The position numbers were made by a program, and so were the translations under genes. DNA of 64,000 nt from Candidatus Poribacteria bacterium (lineage in GTDB: Bacteria > Poribacteria > WGA-4E > PCPOR2b). The DNA is taken from positions 4,288,001 through 4,352,000 of the forward strand of contig OZ240245.1 in the NCBI GenBank assembly GCA_965198175.1, given 5' to 3'. The notes beneath the pieces are model-generated. The model saw only the letters and a program-made list of their open reading frames with translations, was not told the DNA's origin and did not search any database. Of the stretch, positions 21,501-29,120 are shown piece after piece (within the stretch, counting starts at the first letter, position 1; each line of letters starts with the position of its first letter).

Positions 21501-22044
21501 TTCAAAGCTGCTTGCTTCGGCGTTCTCATTGAAGGGAAATGGCGAGGCGATCCAGGTGGAACTTTATAGGCGAGCCGAACCGTTAGTTGATTTGACGATT
21601 GAGACGAAACTCAAGGGATTTTTTCTTCGCGTCTGTGACGAAGAGCTTGATTTCAAGGGCTGGCTTGAAGCAATTGGCACGTATATCGTCCAAAAACCTC
21701 CAGCCTCGTGGAATGACGAAGACAAAACGCATTTTCAGATAAACCTGTCTGAACTCGCGCGGAAGTTTCACCACTTTGAAGCCGTTTCATTTGAACGACA
21801 GAAACAATCCGATGGATTTTCTGATAGTGTAGGGGAAGTGATGCGCGTCGGCATCACCACGCTCACAGCGAAGGAACAGGAACGGGTCATTTCTTTACCT
21901 CCGGATACCGAGGAACATGCAAAATACATTGAGCGCGAAATTGAGGGCGTTTTCGACGCCTATGATGCCGAGGGAGATGCAGAACTCCGTCTCGCGGTTC
22001 TCGCAAGACTCTCGCGGAAGCTAATTGAACAACTTGAGGAATAG
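18523..22044 (+). CDS. sspC: large P-loop ATPase, SspC-like
   Basis: F.RSV.LERD, Walker A GPYGSGKS, Walker B VVDELGKFLE, EW.KVQGRF and QNERSLF motifs; lies between DUF4007 and PAPS-reductase genes. Confidence 0.85.
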   Translation: MNKPLSELFQVTGRFRRSVHLERDFYAENSLDGYVLTVAAREMLQRLTSALENGAETKAWSITGPYGSGKSAFALFAAKLLGAPKAPTTQNALNLLERGDVFLWDRFVGVRANRQKERGFCPILISGERAPITTALLRGLASGLAAFGGCSAFLSLISEVEKRLDAAVSGAPPAASEITDLFESATRQIGEAGGAGLVLVVDELGKFLEYAAQHPSRGDVFVLQSLAEFATRSEDTPLFLLTILHQAFEGYAQRLGKSQREEWAKVQGRFEDVAFLEPTEQVLRLIGDAIERDVNALPVLDRSFLSDSVDLGLNPRQLSTYEFLKLLENCLPLHPTVALVAGSLFRRFAQNERSLFALLNSGEPHGLQDFLVNHFYDGNRLPLFSLPDLYDYINTALGNRLYGSSDGKKWAGIETAISRLPNPSPMTVKLIKTIGLLGGVGEVSVNLKSSKCLLRYALDDGTEVFSQEFENALSQLAKRSIAIYRRYNDAYALWEGSDIDIESRLADATAQLDSNQPLASIISALLPPQPLIARRHLHLTGTLRYVTIRYTDAVRFETDLETPLGDADGLILYALPGSEFEVETLVKKATEVSVANRKDVIVAIPRSIGLLQDAVVELGRLRWVEDNTPELEGDRTARLELTARSAEAERTVSNQLTALFGENTAATEGGGCTWYHTGNSIQITSRRELNEYLSIICDSVYHKTPIIRNELINQRQLSSSAASARKRLIAAMLVHGDEEALGISGYPPELSIYLSLLWDTGIHNCDSGEWGFHPPEADDKNRMSFAWSTIEAFLAECEAKRQPISKLYDRLEKPPIGLRRGPLPILLCAALLHYEAEIALYEDGSFVTDISTAVFERLIKSPEKFELKRFRMSGVRSEVFSQFLTLLSKPSPVTGHPTLLAVVKPLVRFVSKLPRYTMLTQELSHEAIELRKTIGNAREPDTLLFVQLPQALGFDAFGPLEEMDSSAVGRFFNSLRRTLSELNRAYDDLLASLSKLLASAFSLKGNGEAIQVELYRRAEPLVDLTIETKLKGFFLRVCDEELDFKGWLEAIGTYIVQKPPASWNDEDKTHFQINLSELARKFHHFEAVSFERQKQSDGFSDSVGEVMRVGITTLTAKEQERVISLPPDTEEHAKYIEREIEGVFDAYDAEGDAELRLAVLARLSRKLIEQLEE

Positions 22045-22082
22045 ACACCGACAAGAGATACTGAGGGGGTGGTAAGAGGACA

Positions 22083-22301
22083 ATGCAAGATGAACTTCGA
22101 CCGGAATATGACTTGAGAAACCTGCAAGTGAGGAAGGTGGGACCTGAGCGAAAGCACTTTGGAAGGTTCCTTGTGCAGCTAGAATCCGATGTTGCCGAGG
22201 TGTTTCCAAACGCAGCATCTGTGAATAAGGCACTGCGATTTTTGATTCGAGTCACCAAAGAAAACAGGGAGGCGCTTCCTGATCCTGAGGATAAAACTTG
22301 A
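22083..22301 (+). CDS. BrnA-like antitoxin / RHH protein (no cognate toxin seen)
   Basis: DELRPEYDL...V.LE.DVAEVFP.A.SVN.ALR.LI pattern. Confidence 0.7.
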   Translation: MQDELRPEYDLRNLQVRKVGPERKHFGRFLVQLESDVAEVFPNAASVNKALRFLIRVTKENREALPDPEDKT

Positions 22302-22488
22302 CATCTATAGCCATTGCGACTAAAAATTATACATTTACTCATTGGTTTGTAGGAGAGGCTTCCTAGCCTCGATTATCAATCAGTCGATTCCTCCTTGTGT
22401 AAATATGAACCGAAAAGACTAGCGCGTGAAATCACGGAGCGGTCATCTTCCATATACCTGCATCAGCCCCAAAGGGAAAGCGGATAAC

Positions 22489-22749
22489 ATGATTAGAAAC
22501 AAAGACGGCATGAAAATCTTCTATGACCGCGAAGCCGACGTCCTGTATGTCACTTGTGGGACACCGGAATTCACGGACTATGTTGAGCGCTCCGAAGATG
22601 TGATTCTGCGTCTCGATCCCGAAACTAAACAGTTGATCGGCTTTACAATCATTGATTTTTCGCAGCACTTCGCCAAACAGGAACCGGACATCGCGCTTCC
22701 CTTCGGTGTTGATTTCCAAATGTATGAACAAGTCAGCCAGAACGCATGA
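22489..22749 (+). CDS. DUF2283 family protein (putative antitoxin)
   Basis: YD.EAD.LY. and ..LR.D.....IG.TI..F pattern. Confidence 0.78.
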   Translation: MIRNKDGMKIFYDREADVLYVTCGTPEFTDYVERSEDVILRLDPETKQLIGFTIIDFSQHFAKQEPDIALPFGVDFQMYEQVSQNA

Positions 22750-22759
22750 AACTAGGGGT

Positions 22760-22788
22760 TTGACGTTCCTATCTACACATGATACAAT
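22760..22788 (+). promoter_or_regulatory. sigma-70-type promoter upstream of sspD-GIY-YIG-DGQHR
   Basis: TTGACG-N17-TACAAT with a TG extended -10. Confidence 0.6.
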
Positions 22789-22805
22789 ATGAAAAGAGGC
22801 TAAAA

Positions 22806-23080
22806 AGCCCCCCTGACAAGGGATCAACTGACCGAATAGATCAAGCGACTGAACAGGGAGCGCGATAGTCTTAAACGCCTCTCCAACGGTGCGCAACCTT
22901 TTTCGGTTCATTCAATCTTCATTCCCCTCCTTACCAAGGAGGGGTTAGGGGAGGTCGTAGGTTGGGTTTCGCCGTTGGCTCAACCAAACTTACAAGAGCG
23001 CCTCTGGAGCGAAACCCTTCTAACTGCATACGCCTACATAATAGGTAACCGTGTCTTGCACTCCAGCGGAGCGGTATGTT
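22806..23080. repeat. REP-like repeat cluster upstream of sspD
   Basis: GATCAA..GA.. unit at 22822, CCCCTCCTTACCAAGGAGGGG hairpin, GTAGGTTGGGT..., and CTCCAGCGGAG copy at ~23061. Confidence 0.7.
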
Positions 23081-23116
23081 ACTGTAAAACCCACACCGAA
23101 AGCAGAGGATACACCG

Positions 23117-23950
23117 ATGTTGAACGATTCCACAGAACAAAACAGGCGCCATATCCTAGGACTCTCCGGCGGCAAAGATAGCTCCGCACTCGCGGTTTAC
23201 ATGCGCGACAAAGTGCCGGATATGGAATACGCCTTCTGCGATACGGGGAAAGAGTTGCCGGAGACCTACGAATTCCTCGATCGCTTGGAAGCTTTCTTAG
23301 ACAAGAAAATTGAACGTTTAAACGCCGAGCGCGAATTTGACCACTGGCTCTCGGTATTCGGTGGACTGTTGCCATCGGCACAGGTGCGTTGGTGTACCCG
23401 TCTACTCAAAATCAAACCCTTTGAAGAATTTGTCGGCGAGGATTTGGCTTACAACTACGTCGCAATCCGTGCGGACGAAGACCGTGTCGGTTACAAACCC
23501 TTAAAGACCGTTGCACTCCGAAACATTGAACCCAAATACCCGTTCAAAGAGGACGGTATTACCGAGACAGATGTCTATCGGATTCTAGAGGAAAGCGGTC
23601 TCGGCTTGCCTGAATACTATAAATGGCGGACACGCTCTGGTTGCTACTTCTGTTTTTACCAGCGCAAAGCCGAATGGGTTGGGTTAATGGAGAATCACCC
23701 CGACCTTTTTGAACTCGCAAAGGATTACGAGAAATTTAACGAGGATACAGGGGAGAGATTCACGTGGAGTCAAGGCGAGAGTCTGCCAGAACTTTCAGAA
23801 GCTGAAAGAATTAAGCAAATTAAAGAAAACTACAGGAAAGCGATGGAACAGGCAAAGGCGTCCCAACCAAATCGTCCGTTGCTTGAAATCTTTGGGACCG
23901 TCCTTGATGATGAGGATGATGATGAGCCGTGTTTAATTTGCCATCTTTAA
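23117..23950 (+). CDS. sspD: PAPS-reductase-family protein, SspD-like
   Basis: PP-loop SGGKDS, DTG.ELPETY, RWCT..LK..P, RSGCYFCF and C-terminal CLICHL; GAGGA RBS. Confidence 0.88.
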   Translation: MLNDSTEQNRRHILGLSGGKDSSALAVYMRDKVPDMEYAFCDTGKELPETYEFLDRLEAFLDKKIERLNAEREFDHWLSVFGGLLPSAQVRWCTRLLKIKPFEEFVGEDLAYNYVAIRADEDRVGYKPLKTVALRNIEPKYPFKEDGITETDVYRILEESGLGLPEYYKWRTRSGCYFCFYQRKAEWVGLMENHPDLFELAKDYEKFNEDTGERFTWSQGESLPELSEAERIKQIKENYRKAMEQAKASQPNRPLLEIFGTVLDDEDDDEPCLICHL

Positions 23951-23974
23951 CATCAACTACGACTAGGTCTCTAT

Positions 23975-24412
23975 ATGCAACACGGTTGGACACTTGAAAA
24001 AAGGAAGTGGGACAACTTGCTTTCAGTTGTCACTGGAACTCGTTGGTCAAAGACACAGTTAGTTTCTCTTGAGCGAGACAGTGTCCCTCAGAACCGCGGT
24101 GTGTATGCCATCTGCGTGACGCTCAAGACACTGAATTTCAACCAAAACCCGTTTAAGACTCTCTATGAAATCATCTACGTGGGAAAATCAAACTGTCTTC
24201 GCAGGCGATTCCTTGAACACTGTGACCGCGCCAAGCGCGGAGTCCAGATGGCGAAAGGATGTTTTGGCAATAACCTTGAATATTGGTTTACAATTGTCGA
24301 TGCTAATCGAATTGATGAACTTGAAACCCGTTTGATTGAATGCTTTGGTCCGCCGGCTAATCTTAAAGATAGACACATCCCAGCGAGAATAGGAAGTTCA
24401 AAACCGGCCTGA
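23975..24412 (+). CDS. small GIY-YIG superfamily nuclease
   Basis: GVY...IYVGKS..LRRRF.EH...E..LI....PPAN; catalytic Tyr/Arg/Glu/Asn positions appear present. Confidence 0.75.
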   Translation: MQHGWTLEKRKWDNLLSVVTGTRWSKTQLVSLERDSVPQNRGVYAICVTLKTLNFNQNPFKTLYEIIYVGKSNCLRRRFLEHCDRAKRGVQMAKGCFGNNLEYWFTIVDANRIDELETRLIECFGPPANLKDRHIPARIGSSKPA

Positions 24413-24452
24413 TGGTGCGCCAAACTATCAAGCTCAATGGAGAAAGTCTCTG

Positions 24453-25856
24453 ATGAATATATATCCCGCATTACGTTCGAGAATGGGTGCGTTTAGTTAC
24501 TATGTCGTCAAGATGAGTGCCCAAGAACTAAGTGAAAACGTGAAATTTGCTTCTGAAGTTTATGAAGATCGCACCCTTGATGAAGCAATTCAACGAGTCT
24601 TAAGGCACGACAGAGTTAATAAGGAAATCGTAGAATATCTGAAACACCAACCGAATCGTTTCTTTTCCTCATTGGTGGTGGCCGCGTTAGAAGGCAATCC
24701 GATGTTCTATCCTGTTGAGATTACTGACGATCCGCATTTCGCGATTTTTCATGATGATCAGCGACTTAACGAGTCGTTTGGTGTCTTGAAGTTCGATGGC
24801 ACCCAGAAATATTATGCCCTTGATGGACAGCATCGCCTCTCAGCCATCAAGACTCTGCTAGATCGAAACAATTCAATCTCCGAGGGTGCTCCTGCTAACT
24901 TTGAGAACGATGAACTTTCTGTAATCGTCATTGTACCGAGTAAGGGGGATCCTGACTTCAAGCGCAAATACCGCAGGCTATTCTCCAATCTTAACCGCTA
25001 TGCCAAACCGACGGATGCAGCAACGAACATCATTATGGATGAAGACGATACGTTTGCCATTCTCACACGGCGCTTGATTACTGAGCATGATTTCTTCAAA
25101 TCTGAAGGCAGACAGATAGAATCAAGGCGTATAAAAACACAAAAAGGAAAAAACCTCAAGAGTACCGATCCGTACTTCACCAGCCTCGAAACCTTGTACG
25201 AGATGAACATAGCGTTGCTTAGTTCGGAACGCCGAATGCCAAGAAGCTGGGGACCAATTTTGGACGAAGGACAAGATTTGAAGAATTTTAAGCGGTTTCG
25301 TCCCCCCGAAGACTACATTGATGCACTTTACGAAGAATTGGAGATGTATTGGAATGCTCTAATCGCCGAAATCCCCGATCTTCAAAAATCTCCTCCCCTA
25401 ATGCGGGTTCATCACATTGAATTAGTCGAGGGTGAAGAGATGACCGATTTCCTTTTGTTTTGGCCTATAGGCCAACAGTTGTTAGCCGAGTTCGTCAGAA
25501 CCCTACTTGACAACAACCTTCCGAATTCGGCAACTCCCACTGCCGACAGCGTCTGTACCGCGTTAAAAGGACTTGGCCTGTTAGAATGGCGGCTGCATTA
25601 TGCTCCTTGGCGGTATCTCCTGTTGGTACGCAACGCGAGAGGTGACTGGGCAATGCGAAATGAAGAGAGGAAGGAGGCAGTCCGCTGCGGGCGCAGAATC
25701 CAACAGTGGATAATTGGTCTGGAGGAACTTGACGAAAGTGGTGTTGACGAACTCAAAAGGCTTTGGAGTAGTATGCTGATTCCGCCGCCGGGTGGAGAAG
25801 ATCGTGACAAAATGTGGAAACGCGTTGAAGACCTGAAGTTCTCCGTAAGTATGTGA
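24453..25856 (+). CDS. DGQHR-domain (DndB/ParB-like) protein
   Basis: IQR.L...R....I..YL, FF.SLVV, LDGQHRL.AI and RRLF..LNRYAKP motifs. Confidence 0.88.
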   Translation: MNIYPALRSRMGAFSYYVVKMSAQELSENVKFASEVYEDRTLDEAIQRVLRHDRVNKEIVEYLKHQPNRFFSSLVVAALEGNPMFYPVEITDDPHFAIFHDDQRLNESFGVLKFDGTQKYYALDGQHRLSAIKTLLDRNNSISEGAPANFENDELSVIVIVPSKGDPDFKRKYRRLFSNLNRYAKPTDAATNIIMDEDDTFAILTRRLITEHDFFKSEGRQIESRRIKTQKGKNLKSTDPYFTSLETLYEMNIALLSSERRMPRSWGPILDEGQDLKNFKRFRPPEDYIDALYEELEMYWNALIAEIPDLQKSPPLMRVHHIELVEGEEMTDFLLFWPIGQQLLAEFVRTLLDNNLPNSATPTADSVCTALKGLGLLEWRLHYAPWRYLLLVRNARGDWAMRNEERKEAVRCGRRIQQWIIGLEELDESGVDELKRLWSSMLIPPPGGEDRDKMWKRVEDLKFSVSM

Positions 25857-26190
25857 ATCGCCAAGCTAGTTGGTTTTGTTGCGAAACATATGAAGAATTT
25901 CGAACACATTGATGAAAAACCGGGAGAATTTGGAGGTTTGTGATGTCCCTATTACACGACTTGATTGTAACTCATCACATACAGTAAGAAACTGGAAAAT
26001 CATTGTGGTTGGACGACACGGGCATGGACATTCCTTCGCAAAGCGTCCTAGGTCAACCGCGGTTAGGAAGATGCTACAATAATCGTAGTTGTGGATGTAC
26101 ACCTGGAAACAGTAGTTACTCAAACACACGCACGAATTAAAAGTCCTTTAGCAAAGTCCTGCCTTTAATGCGATTTAGGGGCCTTCACCT

Positions 26191-26529
26191 ATGGCGCAAA
26201 AGGGTGTCCCGTGGTTAATCATTGAAACCGAGTGGATAGAGCTTGGTGTTGTCTGCGAACCGACAATCGTCCTAACATCCCGAGGATATGCCCCCATTTT
26301 GCGAGTTCAAAAGTCTAGCACAGGTGCTGAGTTTAAGCTTTCCATCCGTGCGAAATCCATCGCTCAACCCTTAGAAGCACTTCGACTAAACAATCGAGGT
26401 GTTTTTAAGGGACTACACTTTCGAATTCGGAAACGGAGCATGGAGCCAGGGTCGCAATACCAGATTCAAGCAATGCCAACTGAAGGACCCGTTAAAGGAA
26501 CAATCAAAAAGCCAGTACATGCCTATTAA
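26191..26529 (+). CDS. hypothetical protein
   Basis: 112-aa ORF with protein-like composition, co-oriented with the ssp locus. Confidence 0.55.
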   Translation: MAQKGVPWLIIETEWIELGVVCEPTIVLTSRGYAPILRVQKSSTGAEFKLSIRAKSIAQPLEALRLNNRGVFKGLHFRIRKRSMEPGSQYQIQAMPTEGPVKGTIKKPVHAY

Positions 26530-26561
26530 AGGAATTTAACCCAATAAAATTCTACATTGAA

Positions 26562-26775
26562 TGTAGGTTGGGTTGAGCGGGCTCGCGAAACCCAACGCTT
26601 TTAAACCCGCCCGATAACAAACACTGTTACAATTTACTCCTTTTTATGGACTGTAAAAGCTGTAATTTTCGCTGATATTTTTGGGTTCAATCTTCGTGTT
26701 GTTGATATTTTCCTTGCGGCCCCCTGAACGTTTCAATAACGTTGGGTTTCGAGAGCCCGCTCAACCCAACCTACA
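26562..26775. repeat. REPIN/MITE-like element with 36-bp terminal inverted repeats
   Basis: TGTAGGTTGGGTTGAGCGGGCTCGCGAAACCCAACG at 26562-26597 and its reverse complement with 1 mismatch at 26740-26775. Confidence 0.9.
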
Positions 26776-26995
26776 AGAATTTCTTTGCATACAAGCCAGC
26801 CCATCGCCACCGTGCCCTGAATTCGCCCCAAACCCGAAATGCAGACCGCCGATTCAGCGATATGTACCTTTCAACTTTGATTGCAAATCTTAATCTGATT
26901 TACAACAGACCAACCCCGCGTTAACTTCTGTCCTCCCCGTCTCGCTCACACGTCTGACAAAAACATCGTTGCTGAACCGCTAAAATCCCTGAATG

Positions 26996-27037
26996 TTAGC
27001 ACTCTCACTTGACATCTGCTAAATTGTATGGTAATCT
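26996..27037 (+). promoter_or_regulatory. CIRCE-like inverted repeat overlapping a sigma-70-type promoter
   Basis: TTAGCACTC-N9-ATCTGCTAA (26996-27022); TTGACA(27009)-N17-TAATCT with a TG extension. Confidence 0.5.
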
Positions 27038-27477
27038 CTCATCATAACGACGTAGTCCGAACTAAACTTTAGTGAATCGGACATCAACTTCACTATCGAT
27101 TTAATTATGTTTTATGGTGACGGTAAAGCCAACACCAAGCGCGTCATCCACGATTTGTGCGCGTATTTTGGGATACAGGAAAAACCCAGCAATCATATGG
27201 TGTTCGTCAAAAACGTGCGTACTTTTAACCCCACATGGTAAGGACTGCTCAGAGCATGATTGAACCTGACACGTCCAACCCGTAAGAGCCGTCAAAAATG
27301 AGCATTCTCAACTTATTTTCTCAAATGCTCAATAATGCTCAACGTCGCAAACCCGCACCCTAACTGGGGTTCAGCCCATTTTCGCTTATGTTTCCAGGTC
27401 TAAAATACTCACAAAATAAGTAACTCGAATATCAAGTATTTTCCCTCTTTCAAATGCAATTTCAGCACAACCGTTTA

Positions 27478-27506
27478 TTGACGAAATTCATAGTGTCCGC
27501 TATAAT
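27478..27506 (+). promoter_or_regulatory. sigma-70-type promoter of the HNH gene
   Basis: TTGACG-N17-TATAAT. Confidence 0.7.
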
Positions 27507-27589
27507 CCTAATCATCGTAATGCTGTAGGTTGGGTTGAGATCAACCGAACGAATAGTGAGAGCGATAGAGTTCTCTGCACAACTGAACA

Positions 27590-28855
27590 ATGGTTAACAA
27601 TAAGTGCATTTACTGCAAGAAGCAGAACAACCTAACGAGGGAACACGCATTTCCGAAGGCTCTGCTTCAAAAAAACATCCCAGGATGGGTAATTGACAAA
27701 CACCTCTGTGCAAAGTGCAATAGTGTTCTAGGAAAACTTGATGCGGTCCTGGCAAAGAAATCTCCCATAGCGTTTACATGGGACCGGATTGAGGATGAGC
27801 TTGGTAACAAAACTGAAACAGCACATTCATCTATCTACCATAAAAAGGCGTGTGGAATTTATCCGATACGACTCTTTTTTCCGGATCCGCACTATGAGAA
27901 TCTCATAGTCCTACATGAAACGGCAACCGTGAATAGAGGCACAAGTGCTCCATGTGATTCTGCAGTAGCCCTACGTCCCCAGATTGTTCTGACTCAATGC
28001 GCTCATGGACAGACCGGCGAGGAGGTCATCGCAGAAAATCTTGAAAAATTTAATACTGCCGGTTTAAATGACGACTGCTTCAGGAAGTGTGAAGAACATG
28101 ATGAGGTTTATTGCATTTTCGGAAATACCTATATATTTCCGCCAAAGACCGCTAACCATTTCTTCCGCCGAATAGCGGACTTCAAATCCAAGTTCATGAC
28201 AGATTTTCACTGTATTCGAAATGACGTGATGATGATTTTTCCTGAACGAGGGCAAGATTTGCACGCGGCAGAAACATTTTATAACTCATTCGAGGACGGG
28301 ACGAAAAAGATTACACCTAAGGAGGAAATTCCCAATCCGGCGATAGTTAAACAACTAATTCGAGTTACTGCAGATCCAAAAGCAACGCAAGACATTTCCC
28401 GATCAATTACAAAGATAGCGTTCCATTGTTTTTTGTTCCATTATCGTGAGGAATTTAGCGGGCACGAACCGATTTTTGACGATGTCAAACAGTTTATCTA
28501 TAAGGGCGGTCACAATAGATTCGTCGCCGAATGGTCCATACCTGATTCCGAAAGTTTAGTATATCATTCCAATGAACATCTGCACGGTATCTGTTATTTT
28601 CGACAAGGCGACAATATTGGTTGCCAAATAGAGTTTTTTACAGGGCTTTTGAATAAACCGCAGTCTTATGGAATAATCCTAGCAGGAAATCCCTTTAATT
28701 GTACTCAAATACAGCGGCACTTTTTTTACATCCCCTACCGTGTGCATCCGAAAAGCCCAATGAAACAGCGGATATGCCATGTTGAAAGTCTTGGTCTAAT
28801 ACGCAAACCGAGTCCGTATGAAGGCGTCCTCTGGTTGCCCAGATATTTGTCTTAG
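27590..28855 (+). CDS. HNH endonuclease (N-terminal Zn-binding HNH_5-like domain) with unknown C-terminal region
   Basis: CIYC.....T.EH.FP.......LC.KCN..LG.LD; later R.I.KIAF segment. Confidence 0.8.
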   Translation: MVNNKCIYCKKQNNLTREHAFPKALLQKNIPGWVIDKHLCAKCNSVLGKLDAVLAKKSPIAFTWDRIEDELGNKTETAHSSIYHKKACGIYPIRLFFPDPHYENLIVLHETATVNRGTSAPCDSAVALRPQIVLTQCAHGQTGEEVIAENLEKFNTAGLNDDCFRKCEEHDEVYCIFGNTYIFPPKTANHFFRRIADFKSKFMTDFHCIRNDVMMIFPERGQDLHAAETFYNSFEDGTKKITPKEEIPNPAIVKQLIRVTADPKATQDISRSITKIAFHCFLFHYREEFSGHEPIFDDVKQFIYKGGHNRFVAEWSIPDSESLVYHSNEHLHGICYFRQGDNIGCQIEFFTGLLNKPQSYGIILAGNPFNCTQIQRHFFYIPYRVHPKSPMKQRICHVESLGLIRKPSPYEGVLWLPRYLS

Positions 28856-29120
28856 CAGTCCAGTTCTGTCGAGATGGTTGCGAATTGCATCTGATTCACA
28901 GATCTGACAGCTATTAACCCCTTCTCAGGACGCGCGTTGAAGCCATGCGGAAATATCTTCTGGTGTGTCCAACACAAAGGAGATTTGAGCTATAATTAGC
29001 CCGCGTCCGCCTATAATATGACACTTGCTTGCCTATCGTTCCCAGGATATGTTATCATTCCCAACTGATAGACATTGCTGTCGGCACGATTAACCTATTG
29101 ACGGAAACTACTTAAATTGA

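Noticed and set aside
17547..23950. BREX type 4 or classical DndBCDE
   Set aside because: No PglZ/BrxL and no DndD/DndE visible; the DUF4007-ATPase-short PAPS reductase order fits SspBCD
23117..23950. CysH of sulfate assimilation
   Set aside because: Context and the RSGCYFC / CLICHL motifs fit SspD; no cys genes nearby
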